From sequence record OM258170: a DNA stretch of 47,884 nt. The stretch is one strand, 5' to 3'. Shown here in pieces: positions 44,084 through 47,884 of this stretch. Every line of letters starts with the position of its first letter. The first letter of the stretch is position 1. The position numbers were made by a program, and so were the translations under genes. This stretch comes from Escherichia phage ZL19. Under the pieces are notes generated by a model. It saw nothing but the letters and a program-made list of their open reading frames with translations, made no database searches and had not been told where the DNA came from.

Positions 44084-45667
44084 TCACCCCAACAGTCGTG
44101 GATTAATGTAAACTTTATCACCAATCAGGCACGTATAGTTTTTCTCATCAAGCATTGGCAGTAAGTGATCTTTAATCTTTGTCATTACACCAGCCTGAGC
44201 TTCGAACGGCTTAACCTTACGAGCCGCTTCATATAGAGAACGAATACCCACTACTCCTTTACCGTTCTTGCCTTGCTTAATTAGAATATCAATCAGCTTA
44301 TTCATCTCGGCATTGTCGCCAGCGTGACCAGCGGCGTTTGCAGATGACAGATAAGTCTTGCTAAGTTCATGGAACATAATTACAGCTTCTTGCATGGTGT
44401 CGAGCTCGATCTCTCTGGACTTCTGTGGACTACCGCCATTTGGGTTGAACCAGTTGCGCACAGTGTGAAGAACAGCTGCAATCCTTATGGCCTGCTTATC
44501 GAACTTACCCAACGCGCCACGTAACATTGTGTGTGAATACTTCCCGCCATCTGCAAGGTGAGGCTCCATCTCCTGACGCGCACGGTTGAGGTATTTCATC
44601 GCTGAGTTGCTAACTGTCAATTTCACTTCTTGCTCGTTCATGATCTCGTGAACCAGACGGAAATAGTTAGCCTTCAGCTCACCATCAATTGGCTCGTATG
44701 TTGAGTTGCCATTCTCATCAACGAATACGCGCTCACCAAGGAATGATTTTTCACGAACCAAAAGGAAACGTTCAGATACACCGATACCACGCGCACCAGC
44801 ATTCATGATGGCGTTGATTGTTTCATCCTGCGCAATTACAGAGATGCAACCCATAGCAACGAAACTCATGTTATTTTCTGCGTTGGCACGCGCGATAGAT
44901 ACGTTACCAGCGTCCCACGCTTTCAGTACAAGCTCGCTGTTCGTTTTCTTGGATCCGTCGCCATATGTCATACCAAGTAGTGAGTTCACGCTCGTTGCTT
45001 CATCCGAGATCACGGCAAAGTTACCCTGGCGGTTGTTTATTCGCGCAAGACCTTCAGGTGTGGTATCTGACACGGGGAAAACGATATCGCATAGCTTCTC
45101 GAGCTTCTCCTCTAACTCCTCTTTCTCCTCAAAAAGTGAGGCCATCTCTGATGGTGACTTCTCCTGCTTCATCTCTTTGGATAATGCAGATAGTTTTGCC
45201 ATGATCTTCTTGCGCTCACGCTTTCGCACTTCATTCAGTCGCTCAGTCTCAGCAATCATTGGAGCAATTGAAAGTGAGTTAATGGCTGACTTACCAGTCG
45301 ATGGTGGCTGGCTTGTTACGACGTAAAGCGAAGTCGGTTGCTGGGTTCCATGATACTCTACAGTAAAACGTCCAAGCATCGCCGCAGAAATACATCCCAG
45401 GAAGTGCATATAAGCAGATGACTCAGGGAACTGGACTGAGCGAGCGATGTTAGATGAAAGTTTACCAACAACATCAATGTCATTGCCGAGTGAGATTACG
45501 GGGTACTTGTCATTAGCAGCATCAATCTCGACTGGTGCTTTCCAGAATGATTGAGACTGACGATAGCCATTAGCATTAATAGCGACGCGCAGGGGTGAGA
45601 GGTTGTCTGCGGCAGCAATTGCCATAACCTGTTCAACAGATAGTTTATCTTCGTTGAAATCAAACAT
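44084..45667 (-). CDS. P-loop NTPase of unknown function (possibly DUF3987-like)
   Basis: 527 aa; Walker A SQPPSTGKSA and Walker B VISDEAT; GGAGAGAAG RBS. Confidence 0.6.
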   Translation of the reverse strand: MFDFNEDKLSVEQVMAIAAADNLSPLRVAINANGYRQSQSFWKAPVEIDAANDKYPVISLGNDIDVVGKLSSNIARSVQFPESSAYMHFLGCISAAMLGRFTVEYHGTQQPTSLYVVTSQPPSTGKSAINSLSIAPMIAETERLNEVRKRERKKIMAKLSALSKEMKQEKSPSEMASLFEEKEELEEKLEKLCDIVFPVSDTTPEGLARINNRQGNFAVISDEATSVNSLLGMTYGDGSKKTNSELVLKAWDAGNVSIARANAENNMSFVAMGCISVIAQDETINAIMNAGARGIGVSERFLLVREKSFLGERVFVDENGNSTYEPIDGELKANYFRLVHEIMNEQEVKLTVSNSAMKYLNRARQEMEPHLADGGKYSHTMLRGALGKFDKQAIRIAAVLHTVRNWFNPNGGSPQKSREIELDTMQEAVIMFHELSKTYLSSANAAGHAGDNAEMNKLIDILIKQGKNGKGVVGIRSLYEAARKVKPFEAQAGVMTKIKDHLLPMLDEKNYTCLIGDKVYINPRLLG

Positions 45668-45741
45668 TACTTCTCTCCGTGTTGTTTCTGAGCGGCCATT
45701 ATATCAACGACCGCTTATAATTCATTATCAATTTGTGCTAT

Positions 45742-46095
45742 TTACAGGTATTGCGCCTCGAAGTGATATGTCTCACAAAGAGTGTAAAATCCAACATCCT
45801 CACTTCGGTAAAGCTGCCATGCGTTACCATCTTCGTCATAAATGTATCCGGCAGACTGACCAAGACCCGTATGAAGATTTACTTGATAACGATTATTCTC
45901 TTTAAAGTCTTTTTTAACTCCTGACTTGTGGTTAACCTTTGTGCAGTAAAGAGTCTTGGTCTTGATATACTTGCCGCGCTCTTCCAGGTTAATCCATTTG
46001 CCATCTTTCTTGATTTGCTCTACACCATCTTTAACGCGAGCTTTGTAGAGTACGTTTTCGCTGCTAATCCAGTTTTTAGTCAGTGTGGTAGTCAT
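45742..46095 (-). CDS. hypothetical protein (117 aa)
   Basis: Track ORF 45742..46119 trimmed to ATG 46095 that overlaps upstream stop (TAATG). Confidence 0.45.
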   Translation of the reverse strand: MTTTLTKNWISSENVLYKARVKDGVEQIKKDGKWINLEERGKYIKTKTLYCTKVNHKSGVKKDFKENNRYQVNLHTGLGQSAGYIYDEDGNAWQLYRSEDVGFYTLCETYHFEAQYL

Positions 46096-46256
46096 TATTT
46101 CGCTCTCTTCGTTGTCCACATGAATTTGTTTGGTACTGATTTGCGCACTATTCGTACAACAATCTTATCAGTCTTCTGAACTAAACCGTAAATCTTTCCA
46201 TCAAGGGAGGCTCGGTAAACGGCCTCCTCCATTGCGTCATGAAAGTTGTCGAACAT
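46095..46256 (-). CDS. small ORF (53 aa)
   Basis: ATG overlapping stop of upstream gene, stop overlapping next ATG; below track cutoff. Confidence 0.3.
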   Translation of the reverse strand: MFDNFHDAMEEAVYRASLDGKIYGLVQKTDKIVVRIVRKSVPNKFMWTTKRAK

Positions 46257-46429
46257 TAGTGAGCCTTGTAGTTGGTAGAGAATTTAGCACCTTCGAATTT
46301 TGAAGGGCGGCGGTTAGCGTTAATTGCTTCGTAAGTTTTTTTAGTGTCGCGAGCATCAATCACTTCAACAACCATCATGGCAACCATCGGGAAAACTACT
46401 GCGATAACCATCAGAGTTAAAATAATCAT
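46256..46429 (-). CDS. small membrane protein (57 aa)
   Basis: ATG 46429 with AAAGGTAAAG RBS; N-terminal TM segment; track ORF extends upstream into promoter leader. Confidence 0.4.
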   Translation of the reverse strand: MIILTLMVIAVVFPMVAMMVVEVIDARDTKKTYEAINANRRPSKFEGAKFSTNYKAH

Positions 46430-46446
46430 TTTCTTTACCTTTCGTT

Positions 46447-46486
46447 GTTTCGTTTCGATGGAAAGATAATACCGCATCCTTGCGAT
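46447..46486 (-). repeat. 40-bp perfect repeat (promoter -10 plus leader), copy B
   Basis: Identical to 28827-28866. Confidence 0.8.
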
Positions 46487-46508
46487 TCTGTTTTAGCAAT
46501 TCGTGCTA
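46466..46508 (-). promoter_or_regulatory. palindrome-type promoter module (minus strand)
   Basis: Motif TAGCACGAATTGCTA on minus strand at 46494-46508, -10 TATTAT 46466-46471. Confidence 0.5.
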
Positions 46509-46653
46509 TTTCGTGCCTTTTCTATCGCCTTGAGCATAATTTCATGACTCTCAAGCAAGTCTTCGCGAAACCAGTCGCCGCAGGGCCAACCCTTTCCGCT
46601 GTAGGCGCTAATAACTTCCAGATCGAAATAATTTATCTCAGATGGTAGAAGCA

Positions 46654-46893
46654 TCATTTCACCTCGTCAAAAGTTGCAACCCCAGGAATAAACATCCCAA
46701 CCTTCCAACCTGCAATGGCAATCCATCCAGAATCGTGCCTGTGTGGTCGATCAGCGCCATTAATCACCCATTCGTTCGGGATTATCTTCCCGTTAATGAT
46801 TAGCGGCTCAGCGTCGTATACAGGGCCTTTAACGAATGGCGTTAATACTTTCTTGTCGGTACTTGTAATGCAATTGGTGCAGCGAATTTTCAT
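46654..46893 (-). CDS. hypothetical protein (79 aa)
   Basis: Track ORF 46654..46959 trimmed to ATG with GAGGA RBS. Confidence 0.4.
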   Translation of the reverse strand: MKIRCTNCITSTDKKVLTPFVKGPVYDAEPLIINGKIIPNEWVINGADRPHRHDSGWIAIAGWKVGMFIPGVATFDEVK

Positions 46894-46903
46894 ATCTAAA
46901 TCC

Positions 46904-47080
46904 TCAAATAAATGGTAAACATTCGGCACAGCCAAGACCATCACAGCACAGTAATTCATCCTCTGACTGGAATTGCCTTGCTAAATCAATGTCCAACTTT
47001 CCGCGCACCACAAGGTCTGTGTAATCTTCGTTAAGCCCAATCAGTGCGCATTCGTGACGCAACTTATCTTTCTTATTCAT
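46904..47080 (-). CDS. small Cys-rich ORF (58 aa)
   Basis: ATG with GAGG RBS; five Cys near C-terminus; below track cutoff. Confidence 0.3.
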   Translation of the reverse strand: MNKKDKLRHECALIGLNEDYTDLVVRGKLDIDLARQFQSEDELLCCDGLGCAECLPFI

Positions 47081-47088
47081 GAATAACC

Positions 47089-47286
47089 TCAGAAGTTACC
47101 AAGTACCAAAGACATTTGCTTGCGTGTCTTGCACTCAGACAGCTTAGCGAACAAAGCCTTAGCTTCAGGGTCATCTGTCTGCTTTACACAGAATGCGCAA
47201 CTTTCTGCGATATCCTTCACACGGCGGCGAGCATCCTTAATTTCCATTGCGATTTCGTTTAAAGTGTTCTTGATTGCGATATCCAT
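47089..47286 (-). CDS. hypothetical protein (65 aa)
   Basis: ATG with GAGGG RBS; first gene of right-arm minus operon. Confidence 0.45.
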   Translation of the reverse strand: MDIAIKNTLNEIAMEIKDARRRVKDIAESCAFCVKQTDDPEAKALFAKLSECKTRKQMSLVLGNF

Positions 47287-47411
47287 TTTATTCCCTCGTC
47301 TCGTTTAAGTTGTTAGAGGTTCGCTTTGATGCCATCGCTGCTTGGGTGGTTATCCTGTTCCTTCAGGAGGCCGCTCGGCTCTTTACTTCCCACCCCGTTC
47401 TCTATGTATTA

Positions 47412-47454
47412 ACTATACTTCTTTTCTTTACTGCTGTTTTAACATTTCGTGCTA
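47412..47454 (-). promoter_or_regulatory. palindrome-type promoter module (minus strand, variant)
   Basis: Motif TAGCACGAAATGTTA on minus strand at 47440-47454, -10 TATAGT at 47412-47417. Confidence 0.45.
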
Positions 47455-47652
47455 TTTAATAACTTTCCACTTCATTTACTTCTTTCGAGGAACCCGGTCA
47501 GACTTTGCTGCCGGAGAAGGTGTCTGGGAGTTTACCTATTCGGAAGTGACTCAACGTGCCCTTTCTCAACACTCGCCAGCATTTTTCATCTGGACGATTC
47601 GACCTCTGGGAGGCAGCTACTTGGCGTTCGCTTCACTGCTTCCTTGAGGTAC
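47455..47652 (-). ncRNA. candidate non-coding transcript between two promoter modules
   Basis: ~200 nt downstream of minus-strand promoter 47653-47695 without an RBS-preceded ORF; speculative. Confidence 0.25.
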
Positions 47653-47695
47653 ATATTACCAGTTTCTTGATTTATGTCTTTAGCAAAAAGTGCTA
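47653..47695 (-). promoter_or_regulatory. palindrome-type promoter module (minus strand)
   Basis: Motif TAGCACTTTTTGCTA on minus strand at 47681-47695, -10 TAATAT at 47653-47658. Confidence 0.45.
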
Positions 47696-47715
47696 TTCGT
47701 CAGATTTATGGATTG

Positions 47716-47796
47716 TTGCAGATATTGCAATGATTTAGATGACTATTGCACATATAGCAATATTTCTTCATATGCAATGATGTTTTTGATTGTTGC
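47716..47796. repeat. cluster of inverted and direct repeats (TTGCA-N5-TGCAA, ATTGC-N7-GCAAT, TGCAATGAT x2, GATTGTTGC x2)
   Basis: Palindromes at 47716-47730 and 47745-47761 plus direct repeats, non-coding, near window end. Confidence 0.6.
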
Positions 47797-47884
47797 GAAA
47801 AGTGAAATGAATTGGGGAGCGAGTGAATGAAAGATTGATGGACTACCATACAAGTTGATTTTGATTCTGGGTGAACCATTTTTG

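Noticed and set aside
44706-45326. Plus-strand 206-aa track ORF inside the P-loop NTPase gene
   Set aside because: Antisense to the 527-aa gene; Ser/Arg-rich low-complexity translation; no RBS.
47274-47738. Overlapping plus-strand track ORFs at the right end (47274..47459, 47342..47647, 47449..47670, 47556..47738)
   Set aside because: Mutually overlapping in different frames, non-ATG starts, no RBS, and lying over minus-strand promoter modules; region treated as promoter/leader or ncRNA.
1-47884. CRISPR array, integrase/transposase, IS elements, lysogeny repressor, DNA polymerase
   Set aside because: No regularly spaced direct repeats with unique spacers and no ORF with recognisable motifs of these families was seen; no mobile_element feature is claimed.

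Overview
The window reads as a near-complete genome of a T1-like (Drexlerviridae-type) tailed phage of an enterobacterial host; no integrase, repressor or DNA polymerase gene was recognised. Left to right: ~17 small early genes with an HNH endonuclease and HAD-like phosphatase (0.4-5.2 kb); a tRNA-Arg(UCU) (5.4 kb); packaging and head genes (TerS, TerL, portal, Mu-F-like head morphogenesis, scaffold/protease, major capsid; 6.1-13.6 kb); connector and tail genes (major tail, G/T chaperone with -1 frameshift, tape measure, lambda-like M, L, K, I, J; 13.9-27.3 kb) interrupted by a minus-strand Rha gene and an HNH-AP2 endonuclease; an accessory host-range region (27.3-30.0 kb) with two paralogous proteins, a minus-strand membrane-peptide + lipoprotein cassette and a second Rha gene; a recombination module (PD-(D/E)xK exonuclease, ERF, SSB); a minus-strand tailspike; replication genes (primase, HTH protein, SF2 helicase, VRR-NUC); an HTH-metallophosphoesterase; a pinholin / SAR-endolysin / unimolecular-spanin lysis cassette; and a right-arm minus-strand operon with a large P-loop NTPase. 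The most striking non-coding signals are (1) an oriented palindrome ATAGCAC-N5-TGCTAAA lying a fixed ~37 bp upstream of the -10 element of at least 15 promoters on both strands, (2) two paralogous non-coding loci (1-340 and 30100-30450) sharing GTTACGC-type iterons, (TA)n/(ATT)n microsatellites and a 25-bp box with an AGCTATAGCT palindrome, and (3) a perfect 40-bp repeat in two minus-strand promoter/leader regions that drive small membrane-protein genes. All calls come from reading the sequence and the ORF track; no database search or fold computation was run, and coordinates of non-ORF elements may be off by 1-2 nt.
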